Below the pieces are notes generated by a model that was given only the letters and a program-made list of their open reading frames with translations, did not search any database and was not told the DNA's origin. DNA of 63,654 nucleotides, the filler included, from Lenisia limosa (lineage: Eukaryota > Protista > Breviatea), in assembly GCA_001655205.1 (NCBI GenBank). It is 7 parts of 7 records of this genome, joined end to end, with 100 filler letters (N's around TTAATTAATTAA, not from the genome) between each part and the next. Parts side by side here need not be neighbours in the genome. Positions count along the whole stretch, not along the records: positions 42,944 to 61,669 come from LPNZ01010684.1; positions 61,770 to 63,654 come from LPNZ01000200.1; 5 more parts are not named here. The stretch is one strand, 5' to 3'. The position numbers were made by a program, and so were the translations under genes. This document shows, piece by piece, positions 51,901 through 61,999 of the stretch. Numbering within the stretch: the stretch's first letter is position 1; the number at the start of each line of letters is the position of its first letter.

Positions 51901-54900
51901 CCCCTTCCCTGTCGAATCGTCTCTGGACAGCCAACTGCTGGATCACATCAATGCTGAGGTAGGGGTCTTTCACTGCTCGCTTGTTTATTCAGCAAAATAT
52001 CAGTATAACAGCAAAATGCCCGGTTCATCGAGGGTAATAGATGAATTCAGCCCCATCAGCTGTCCTAATGATGTAGATTGTTGGCGGCACGATTTGCGAC
52101 TACTCTGATGTTGTTGACTACCTCAACTGGACATTCCTCTTTAGAAGAATTCATATCAACCCCTCGTACTACGGCCTGGAGTCGAGTGAACCAAAAGGTG
52201 AGTTGTCTTCACTGCTCCCTTACAGTGACCGGGATAAGTCTTGACCGATTTTCCTTGGGAAATCACATAGCAAATCGGTCAAGACTTATCCCGGTCACTG
52301 TAAATGGGGCTTAAATGCCTAACATTCCACCGAAACGGTCCTCTCACGGCCTTTAGACGTTAACGCCTATCTCTCACGCCTCGCGTCGGAGACCATCGCC
52401 GACCTCCAAAAGTTCAATTGTGTCGAAAAAGAGGTTTGTACTTTTGTTTCCTCGTTGTTAATGTGGGATTTTTCTTATCCACGTATTTCAGTTAATGTGT
52501 CCGCTATTAGTCATCCCATCATTCTATCAGTCATCCCATAATGGTTCCCACAGTCTTCTCATCATAGTTCTATTAGTCATCCCATCATGGTTCTATTAGT
52601 CTTCAGAGTTTTACCGAGTTGACTCTTTAGGCAAACAACAACTCCTTCAAGCCCACCCACTTTGCGGGGATTGCGTCGTACTACTATCTCAGCCCACAAA
52701 CAGTATTTGACTTTGTGTATGGAGGGGTAGGAGCTTGAGAGTCTTTTTTGCTCCAATTGCCCTCATGTACCCCCAGGAACAACCTATCTTCGGATTCTAC
52801 TGGATCAGACATTTTCGATATGCTCTGCCACGCAAAGGAGTACGCAGAACTCCCCGTTCGCCACAACGAAGACTTACTCAATGGTGGGGGTGTCTTTGGA
52901 AGAAAAGATAAATCTTTTAAATAAATTCTACGCTAATAAGAGTCCATAATGCCCACTTCTGTATTGATAATGATGCCCCACTTCTGTATTGAGAATGATA
53001 CCCACTTCTGTATTGATAATGAAAAGGAGAAGTTGATTTCCTCCACCCCTCCATTTCTGACTTTACAGCGGAATTGGCCAAATTAGTCCGCCTGCCTGTC
53101 TCAAAGAACACCCTGGGGTCTGCCGCTACTAAAACGAATTTGCTGCTCCAGGTGAGCTTGGTCAATGTTTTATCTTTTTTTTTTTTTTATCTTTTTGATC
53201 TTTATGATTGATTCGATACTTGGTCATTTATTGAATACAATCATTTTACCAAACATTTCGGGATCAAGTGGGCTCATATACAGCATTTATCACCATACCA
53301 AGTACAACAGTACAGCTAGGGCTTCACTTAGGTTCAAAAAAAACCAGTAAAATATCGGTAGTTTTTGAGGATTTATCGAGAGATTCAGTCTTTTTTCGAA
53401 CCGAAGTGAAGCCCTAAATACAGCAGATTGTTAACACCCGATAGGCCCATCTTAGTGGTACGGCCCTCCCGGTCAGCGACTACATAACAGATACCAAGTC
53501 TGTTCTAGACCAGGCTATCCGAATCCTGCAGGCAATGCTCGATGTTGCTGCTCTAATGTGGGGCGAGGAACCCATACCAATATCAACACCCATTGATGAG
53601 GATTCTAACAGCTTAGGGGACATATTCTTCCTGCCATCCGCATTGTCGTTATGATGCAGGAGATCGTCGGTGCTAGATGGGCTTCTGATGGTGCGTGCCC
53701 CCATGTTTACTATACCAATACATTGTGATAAGGTATCACGTAACCCTCCAGGATCCATTGAAATGATGACTACTTTGGTGACCAAAGACGTCGCCACCCA
53801 TATCTATAAGAAGGGCTGGTGCGACGTTCCATCGCTTCAGGTGACTGGGCCCAATTGCTGCACGGTTTCTTTCTTCGATCTCACCCCCCCAGAATGCCCC
53901 ACCAATGGAGATCCGAAAAGCCTTCACCTCCGCCAATCTCAGCTTCCAACAAGTCACTTCGGTAAGCCCCCGGGTATTTTTGTTCCATCTGACCCCCAGG
54001 TTATGATGTCTCTCAAATCAATGCCGGTGCTCAATATCGCCGTCAGCAAAGAAAAGCAGAAGGACGGCTCTATCAAACTCCAGCTGTCAATGCTGCGGAC
54101 AAATGGAAAGCCCGTGGGTACTGGGTATTGTGTACGTTTTCATAATGACCATCTGTATCTGTTTTTTTGCATCTTGACAGAAGCTGTCTCACCCCATAGC
54201 CTCTTCGTCTCCCTTCAACAAGATTTGGGAAGGCTCGTGAAGAGGGCTGGATCATCATAGTTGCGGTTAACGAGTGAGGAGGTTCATATTGGTTCCCATG
54301 TGTAACTATCACATTTCCACCCAAATGCTAGGAAAGTGGTCTGGTCATCTTTGTAGCAGCACGGAGGTTCAAGATGATGTCGGGGACGGAGCTGATCTCT
54401 GTCAGCCTTCTGGAAGAGTGGGGGGATGTTCATCATGACATAATATGTAGCAATGACATAATACCAATATAATACCCTATCGTGCTGTGTGATATGGCCA
54501 GTAAGGTTTCATTGAGTAATTGGCCTGATCTATATTGAACCTGCTTCAATAACCAAATAGCTTGCGGCCCTTCGGAGAGTTGTAGGCAAAGACGACATGG
54601 TTGTCAACCTCAAGATCCCGAAAGAATTCGCTCAGGGTGGGTCTTTCTCGCTTGCCTCGATTGTGACAGAGGTCGTTGGATTACAATTTTCGCTCATTTT
54701 TGTGTCTATTGGAGTGACAGTTTAGATGCGGATATTGCAACTGTTTACGTGCTGTCCACAGCTTGGATGGGATTGTATGGGGGTCCACAGCTGAAGCCAT
54801 CCATACCATCACGCTATCAGAGATATTGGATTATAGTATAGTATTAATTCACCCAATCATAGAGGGTCGAGTAACAAAATGCAATTTCTCATCATTCAGG

Positions 54901-54930
54901 GATCGAGTTGAAGAGGTGCTGCTTAACTAG
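42944..54930 (+). CDS. ASCC3: ASCC3/Slh1 (Ski2-like tandem DExH + Sec63 helicase), dozens of exons; N-terminus upstream of or within the 42844-42943 gap
   Basis: First cassette: [97 protein letters not shown]. Second cassette: [55 protein letters not shown]; it ends LLN* at 54930. The MLPEG lead-in and [11 protein letters not shown] favour ASCC3 over Brr2. Confidence 0.95.
43235..43334 (-). mobile_element. hAT-type MITE family 1 (ASCC3 intron)
   Basis: TSD gcttcgac/gcttcaac. Confidence 0.92.
48554..48652 (-). mobile_element. hAT-type MITE family 1, subfamily B variant (ASCC3 intron)
   Basis: TAGGGCTTCCCACGGT...ACCGTGGGGAATCCCTA; TSD tatattac/attattac. Confidence 0.9.
50554..50643 (+). mobile_element. 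hAT-type MITE family 1 (ASCC3 intron)
   Basis: Perfect TSD ctgacaat. Confidence 0.93.
53317..53416 (-). mobile_element. hAT-type MITE family 1 (ASCC3 intron)
   Basis: TSD agtacagc/aatacagc. Confidence 0.92.
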
Positions 54931-55130
54931 TGTTCGTTTGATACAAATGGACAACTTTCTCGTTGCCAAACTGGACATGTATTGAGCTGATAGAGGTTTA
55001 TTGTGTAGGTAGCAAAGCCTGATAGAGCGGTGTTACATAATATGTATCAGAATTCGATTCCGTTCAAAAAAGGGAATAAAACGGACTTCCTTCAAAAAGA
55101 TAAACTGACATGAATCGAGTGTTTCTTGTG

Positions 55131-56449
55131 TCATTTCATTTTCAATGCAGCTCGGGGGACTTTCCTATGGCATTAAGGGAAATAGAGAGATGGGACACAC
55201 CTTGGCGGTGCTCTCCTCGGCCCTTGACTCGTCCGAACAACAGGTGCCTGCAGAGTCAACAACGAAGAATGTGATAGTCTTGGAACGCAGTGTTTTAATG
55301 TAACCACCCACCCCTCCCGGAGTCTGTTTCTTCCAAGTCTGGGGTTCTGTCCGGGGTGCTGACAGTGAAACTGGTGGAACCAGTGAACTGTTTAGTTTTG
55401 ACGCTCTCAGAGTTGCCGCTAATAGAACCTGGGGGGGGGGGTATCACCTCCCGCTCAGTATTGGATTGTTTTCATGCAAGATAAAACCCTCTCACATCAA
55501 AAATCGAATCCATAGCATGGCTCTGTTTTAAAGAAAACATATAGTGCTTTTCAGTGGTGGGGTTTGCTACAAGGTCAACAATGCAAGGGAGCACTTACTA
55601 AACAAATTATCGATGAGAAAAGCGTTCGCCTGAGAAGAATAAGATAACTCATCAATAGAGAGTAATGAATTGCGAAACAGTCCAGCCCAAGCTTCGCTCA
55701 CTGGTTTATTTCTCAGAAGCAGGAGTTGCACTTCATCACCTACACATTCATCTTCAATTGGAATATAAGTAACTGAACTTTCCAGCCTTACACTAACCTT
55801 CAGATCGAGAGAACGAGATGGTGTCAGGACAAAACGCTGCTCGGAATCCCTGGTACATCAGGGGGTATAATATGACAGTCAAAATGAAATGGTTGCAGGA
55901 AATGAAAACGACCCAAATATTTATGACGTGATGTCACATAATCAGACTCATAACTGATACCTCGTAATACTCCGCGCGGTTTTGGACTGTTCCTTTAACC
56001 TGATTCGTCAAATGGCGGCCAGAATACTTCTGACAGAATTGAAAGCCTCACCTCATCCCCCCAATGAAAGGGTTCGACAACAGCGCTGTAAATCTGAAAG
56101 GTGTTATGGCAAGGGTTCAAAATTGCTTCAAAAAGAAAATCTTGACGTTAAAGAAAGAGTGAATTCCCATTATTTCAGAAAGGCTGTCCATAAGTTAAAA
56201 TTGAATACTGGATACAGTTCCTTGGTCACCTTGTTGGTAGCAGTGATGACAACAATCCGCCACGTCAGGTTGTCAACCGTGGGCGCTGCCTTCTTCGGAG
56301 GTGACACCTACTGATGAGCAACGGGTGCGATGAAGAACGAAGAGAAGAAACTCCACATCCCTCCCAACCTGGCTCACGAGCACTGCCGGGGTGCCAAATA
56401 GTGTTACCTGTGCAGAGATATCAATTACAGCAATGATTGTGTCCTCCAT
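55131..56449 (-). CDS. ~200-aa protein with ~11 micro-exons; XRCC4/XLF/PAXX-superfamily-like candidate
   Basis: Phase-consistent splice model: MEDTIIAVIDISAQVTLFGTPAVLVSQ|VSPP...TWRIVVITATNK|IYSAVVEPFHWGDE|VKGTVQNRAEYYE|GFRAAFCPDTISFSRSE|GDEVQLLLLRNKP|ANAFSSIICL|SHAMDSIFD|VLLAATLRASKLNSSL...|APVVRTSQGPRRAPPR|KVPRAALKMK*. The CDS is fairly secure; the family call is tentative. Confidence 0.55.
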
Positions 56450-56811
56450 TCATTTATTTAAACCACCCAAAATATACCCAAAATATACCCAAAATAAATC
56501 TCAATTTTCACATACCTGGCTGAAAAGATCCCCTGTAAGCCGTGAGAGCTGGGATTCCATCGGAAATTGGGGAAAGTGAGAAGAACCTTGACTTCCCAGC
56601 TTTCCTGATCAATAAAAAGGTTTATAATACAAAAGTGTTTCAAATGCAAGGAAAGATAGAGAGGGAAGCGTGAACGGTTTTTTGGTGAAAGTGCGTCCTG
56701 TAGGGTTTATATGGTATAAAAAAGCAAAACAACAAAGATTGCATTTGTATTGCATGGATCAACATGTAAATATAAGCAGAGACAGTCAATCCATGAAGGA
56801 CAAAATCTGAA

Positions 56812-59800
56812 ATGAGCCTCTTTAGCCTGGTTGACCAAACCGATCAAGATGTCAACAACCCCCCTTCCCCACAGCCTCCCCTTCCAATCCCTTTACCACC
56901 ATCAAACTCTATTTCTAAGGATGATGAACAGAAGGCTGATACCCCCCCTCCAAGCGCTCGGAAAGCCCATTTTTCCAAAGAGGTATCTCAGATTTAATAG
57001 TTCTGTTTTGCTACTTTTGGTTTTTTATGATAACTTAACGATGCAATTGATCATAATGTTCAAAATATATCGAAAATATTTCAATAATAACCAATGTTGA
57101 GTGTAGTTTGTTTGTATCAACAAGAATATCACTGAATACCCCCCCCTCCTTTGTTAAGAATACCCATGACCAGTTTTCTTCTTTCTTTGGGATACCTGGC
57201 ATCATGTTACCTAAATACTCTTTTTCATCCATCCAAAATGAAATTGTTACATCAACAGCCATTCTGCGGCAATGTTTCGATCCTAACCCCCAGGTGACAA
57301 TGAGTGATGGTGAAACGGTGTCCCGAGCGTTGGTGCGTACGTCGGACGGCAGGCCCAATCGCAGCACTAAAACGGCGATTTCTCCCAAGTCCGCAGATCA
57401 TCCGAAAAAGAAGAGGAAGCCGAAGATGCTGGTTGCCAATCTCTTTGACTGTCGATACGAAGTTGGTATGTCGGGGATTTTCTCCGCGGCTTTAGTGTCA
57501 AAGAAGTGGGATGTATTTGGAGAACTCTTCGAGAATTTAATTAGGCCTATTGAAAGTTACAATTGTAGTGAGATGGGCATGTAAGCAGCGTGGAATGCGT
57601 ATTGCTGATAAGGATGAGGTAGGCCTTCATGTTGCCTATTTGGGGCTGTTTGGACTGCAGACTAGCTGCCAATCAATTTCCCGTTGTTATATGTGAAGAA
57701 ATACCATGTCAGCGCATTGACAGTACAGGAGCCATGGACCCTGTATTGGACAGACACATCAGTTGGACTGGAGAGAGTAGCCGATATGGAGCCCTACCAG
57801 GTAACCAACAACTAATGCTAACATGCTTGCTTTTCTTTTCATCTAGCTAATTTTATATCGTATTTGTTATTATTTTTTTTAGTAGTTGTGATATGAGGTA
57901 TACTGTTTTGATTTAACTGGACCATTCATTTTGACACCTTTAGCGCATTAACCACTTCCCTGGCATGATTGAAATCACACGAAAAGTTGAGCTACACGGG
58001 ATAGTTTTGTCCACTCGCTCTTTTCTTGGCCTTATACTATCCATTTTATGTTAAGAATCAATTTTCTTTTGGTAAATTGTTCAGTTTTATGTTTAATATC
58101 AATTTAATTCAATCCTTTTTGTTAAGCAGCGCCCCTTCCTCCACTGACCACCTTAGAACATGCTGGCACGTAACCTCAACCGAATGGCCAAACACAACCC
58201 AGCAGCGTATGAGTTCTTTCCACGAAGTTGGAACTGCCCTGCTGAGTACCGGGGGGGGGGGGGGNNNNNNNNNNNNNNNNNNNNNNNNNNNNNNNNNNNN
58301 NNNNNNNNNNNNNNNNNNNNNNNNNNNNNNNNNNNNNNNNNNNGTTTTTCCGATCTGCAGTCTTATGCGCGCAAGAAGAAGGGAACCAAAACGTACATTG
58401 TCAAGCCCGAAGCTGGGGCACAGGGAAGAGGTAAATCTGGCCTTGAAATGGTTCATTAACTGGTGATCAGGTTCACACAACTTTTTAATAAACATGTCTG
58501 ACAAAGTAGGTATATTTTTGACTAGATCTTTGGCGGATTTGCCTCAGGAACGTTGTGTTGTACAACAGTATCTCAATAAGGTCTGCACCGTTCTTTTTGT
58601 CATCGCAATTGCTTTGAAGCTCAGGCGTGTATCATAGTGGATATTGTACCTCTGGGTTGAGCGTTTCGTTTGCTCCTCTAACCTTAACCACATCTTGTGA
58701 CATTCTTCAATGCATCTCTTTATCCTACTATTATTATGGGCAAACGATTGGGTGAATTAATATTATACTATAATCCAATATCTCTTAGCGTGACGGTGTG
58801 GACGGCTTCGGCCTGATACAACCTATTTTTTTCTTCTTCTTATTGCTATATATTATGTGTGAACCCTCACAAGTGTAGCCCTTCCTGCTTGACGACTTCA
58901 AATTTGACCTCCGGGTCTATGCGCTGTGTCTCTCTTGTAATCCCCTCCGTGTTATGCTGTATGACGATGGATTGGCGCGTTTCGCCACTGTGCCCTACCA
59001 AGACAAGGCCATGAATATTGTATGTAGGATGTTTAAGCAGATCTCAAACTCTTACACCATCTTTGGGGGGGGGGGGATCGGAATAAGTCACTTTCATCCA
59101 AAGAAATGACCTTTCAGGATGAAATTTGCATGCATCTCACCAACTACTCGATCAACAAGAAAAGCGACCAGTTTGAGCACAATACTGATGCTGATGACGA
59201 TGACACCGGTTCCAAGAGGTAAGTGCATGGTTTTGTTGCATTGTTGCTAAAATGTCTTTTGTAAAGTTGTCATATTCTTCTATTGCCCAACTCCAATTGT
59301 ATTGATTCTTCAGAACAGTTTCCTCGGTGTTTAGCGAGATGAAACGAAGGGGGCATGACACAGATAAGCTGTGGCAAGAAGTTGGAGTCTGCGGGAAGGA
59401 TGCAAAAATAATGTGGAATTGCTGCTCTTTATTATTGTGACATCGTTCATCAATTAGGATGTAATCATTAAAACGCTTATGGCTATCGAACCGAATCTCA
59501 GTCATCTCTACAACACAGCGTTTCCAAACGATCTTGAGGGAGCATCTTGCTTTGAGGTCAGCACTCTGCTTTGATTGCTTACTTTTCTCATTTGCTAATC
59601 TGACCCTCTCAATCTTTGACCTTCTAGATTCTTGGCTTTGACATTCTGATAGACAACAAACTCAAACCCTGGCTTATTGAGGTATGGATTCATTCTGTCT
59701 TAGTTTTGAACTCTCAATATGAAAGCGTTCCACCAACCTCTTTGTGTAAACATTTCTAGGTGAACCACAGTCCTTCATTCACGTGTGACTCTCCCCTGGA

Positions 59801-61669
59801 CAAAAAGATAAAAAGAGGGGTCATTACTGACACCCTTAATATCGTTAATATCTGTCCCAGTGACAAGAAAAGGTAATTGGCTTTGTTAACAATGCTTATC
59901 ATACGAGTATAATAACTATAAGGGTATTCCTCCTACAGGGAAAGATGGAAGGGACGAAGGGGAATAATGATTCAACTCTTTTATGCCTTCTCAAAGGCAA
60001 CATTCCTCAAACTCCTCAGATACGTTGCGGGTGAAAAGGCTCGAATGGCCAGAAGGCTGCTTGGAGCACAGAAGGCGGCTGGATTCTCTCTGGATGCTGT
60101 GGGTGATCTTTTCTGTTCCTTATGAGTATCGTCATTGACGTTTAAGGAAATACCCAATACCCCCGAGTCTGAGAAGCTTCGAGAAACAAGATACAAACAC
60201 CAAGATGCACACAAGGTAAGCTTGCCGTTTGAGGAAATGCGAATATGCATCGATACAGTATGCATTGATTCCCAATGGCATTTTTGACTCATCAAGGGAG
60301 GTTTCCGACTTATTCACCCAACACCACGCACTGTCGAAGCTTTTGGCAACTTGTCCCACAGTACAACTTCCATATTAGGTAATTGGGATGGAATGTCTCG
60401 CTGCTCATCTACTTCTTTGTCTATTAGCAAGAAACATTATTCGATCAGTTGAGTAGTAGTTCAATAATCCCATAGGCGAAACTTTAGCCTCAAAAGCACG
60501 AAGGGAAGCAAATAACGCGAGAATCCAGCAAGCCAAAGATGCAGAATTCAAGCCGCCTGAGCGGAAGGAGAGAGAAAAGGTTAGGCCATCTTATGGTTCC
60601 TCTTGCGGTAACCAATTTTGACTGTTTAGTCTGTCACACCAACTGCTGAAAGAAAACCAACTTCGCAGTTCCGCTTAGAGAAGTTTCAAAAGTATGCGGT
60701 TGTGTTGAACTTCCGACATTTCCCGCGGTATTTTCGGTCCCATTGCGAAGCCATGCGTATCCAGTCGTTCACAATTTAGGACTGTGAGGGATCCTTCAAG
60801 GCTCTACAGCAGGCCTTGGGCAATGTGAGCATTGGGGAGGCGGAATTCTAACCTTTTAGAAATAAAGTGAATCTTCAAGGTGAAATTCGCAATCTTCTGG
60901 AATCATTGGAGCCTGGTATGTCATTAAGACATTAGCACCATGACTAAATCAACTATCATCTTAAAGTTGCGGTCACCCCCCTTACCCCCCACCCCCAGGA
61001 CTTCCAGAACATCATCGCCTGTCACCGGCAATTGAGGAAGCATCACACTTATTCTGCCCGCGACCCATCCTGACTGATGATGAGCGACGAAGGATTGGTT
61101 GGCGATTGGGACTGAGACCAACAGTTAGGGCTTCCCTACGTTCCCAAAAAAAGACTGAAGTTCTCTATAAATCCTCGAGAAATATCGATATTTGACCGGT
61201 CTTTTTCGGGCTGTAGGGAAGCCCTACCAACAGTACAATGCGAGAACTGTAGTCTTTATACTGACGGGTTTCTTTTGCACTTCTTTTACTAATACACACC
61301 AAATTGAAGGTGTAGGTAAAAATTTCGTTTTGGGGATTGAACTTGAGAGTAACATCACAGCGCAACTCTTGGATACCCCCTTTTTTATATATGATATGAC
61401 TAGTGGTGATTTTCCTTGATTATTCTACTATATACTGTATACTACATGTACAGTATATATGTATATATCATCTAATATAGTATATGCATATGATATACTA
61501 TATATATCATATATAATATCATGTAATCATATAATATTAGTAATATACTTGGAACCCTCACCCTTCAGCTGAAATGAGACGTCGCGCGTTTATGGTGCGC
61601 CAGTCAGGCCTCAGGGAGCGGCTTGTCAAGGTCCTGGATGAGGTGTGTTGGGAGGCTTGTCAAGGTCCT
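56812..61669 (+). CDS. TTLL6: Tubulin polyglutamylase, TTLL6/TTLL13 elongase class; 3' end truncated by linker
   Basis: LVANLFDCRYEV, WTLYWTD, RINHFPGM, FFPRSW, YIVKPEAGAQGRGIFL, FKFDLRVY, GLARFAT, MHLTNYSINK, CFEILGFDILID..LKPWLIEVNHSPSF. Confidence 0.93.
58736..58814 (+). repeat. Dispersed repeat family 2 (~75-85 bp); other copies at ~3690-3776 (+), ~8190-8275 (-), ~54789-54858 (-)
   Basis: Shared core GATTGGGTGAATTAATATTATACTATAATCC...AGCGTGA(C/T)GGT(G/A)TGGA.GGCTTC. Confidence 0.85.
61126..61226 (+). mobile_element. hAT-type MITE family 1, subfamily B (TTLL intron)
   Basis: TAGGGCTTCCCTACG...TGTAGGGAAGCCCTA; perfect TSD ccaacagt. Confidence 0.93.
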
Positions 61670-61999
61670 NNNNNNNNNNNNNNNNNNNNNNNNNNNNNNN
61701 NNNNNNNNNNNNNTTAATTAATTAANNNNNNNNNNNNNNNNNNNNNNNNNNNNNNNNNNNNNNNNNNNNTAACATGATTGTTTGAAAATAAAATATCAAA
61801 ATTGGGTAGTGGGGTGTTATGTAATTGTTTCCCTAGTTTTATAATATGTATTAGTAAAACATTTGTTCTCAAAAAACAATTTATTCCCCTTCGTCACTAA
61901 TTGCAGATAATTGAATCCCTTACACAAGATCCCCCCCTCATCATGCAATTCAATTATCTACAGTTAGGGAAGGGGAATCTATGTACACATATATTTGGT

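Noticed and set aside
42944-54930. Brr2/SNRNP200 instead of ASCC3
   Set aside because: The MLPEG lead-in, the [17 protein letters not shown] segment and [10 protein letters not shown] fit ASCC3/Slh1 better.
1029-58264. G/C homopolymers beside N gaps as a biological breakpoint signal
   Set aside because: Better explained by short-read dropout at homopolymers. The runs themselves are reported under intron grammar.
19654-61725. TTAATTAATTAA repeated six times as a possible regulatory or recombination site
   Set aside because: Where counted, it is centred in a uniform 44N+12+44N block and has stops in all six frames, so it is an artificial scaffold linker.
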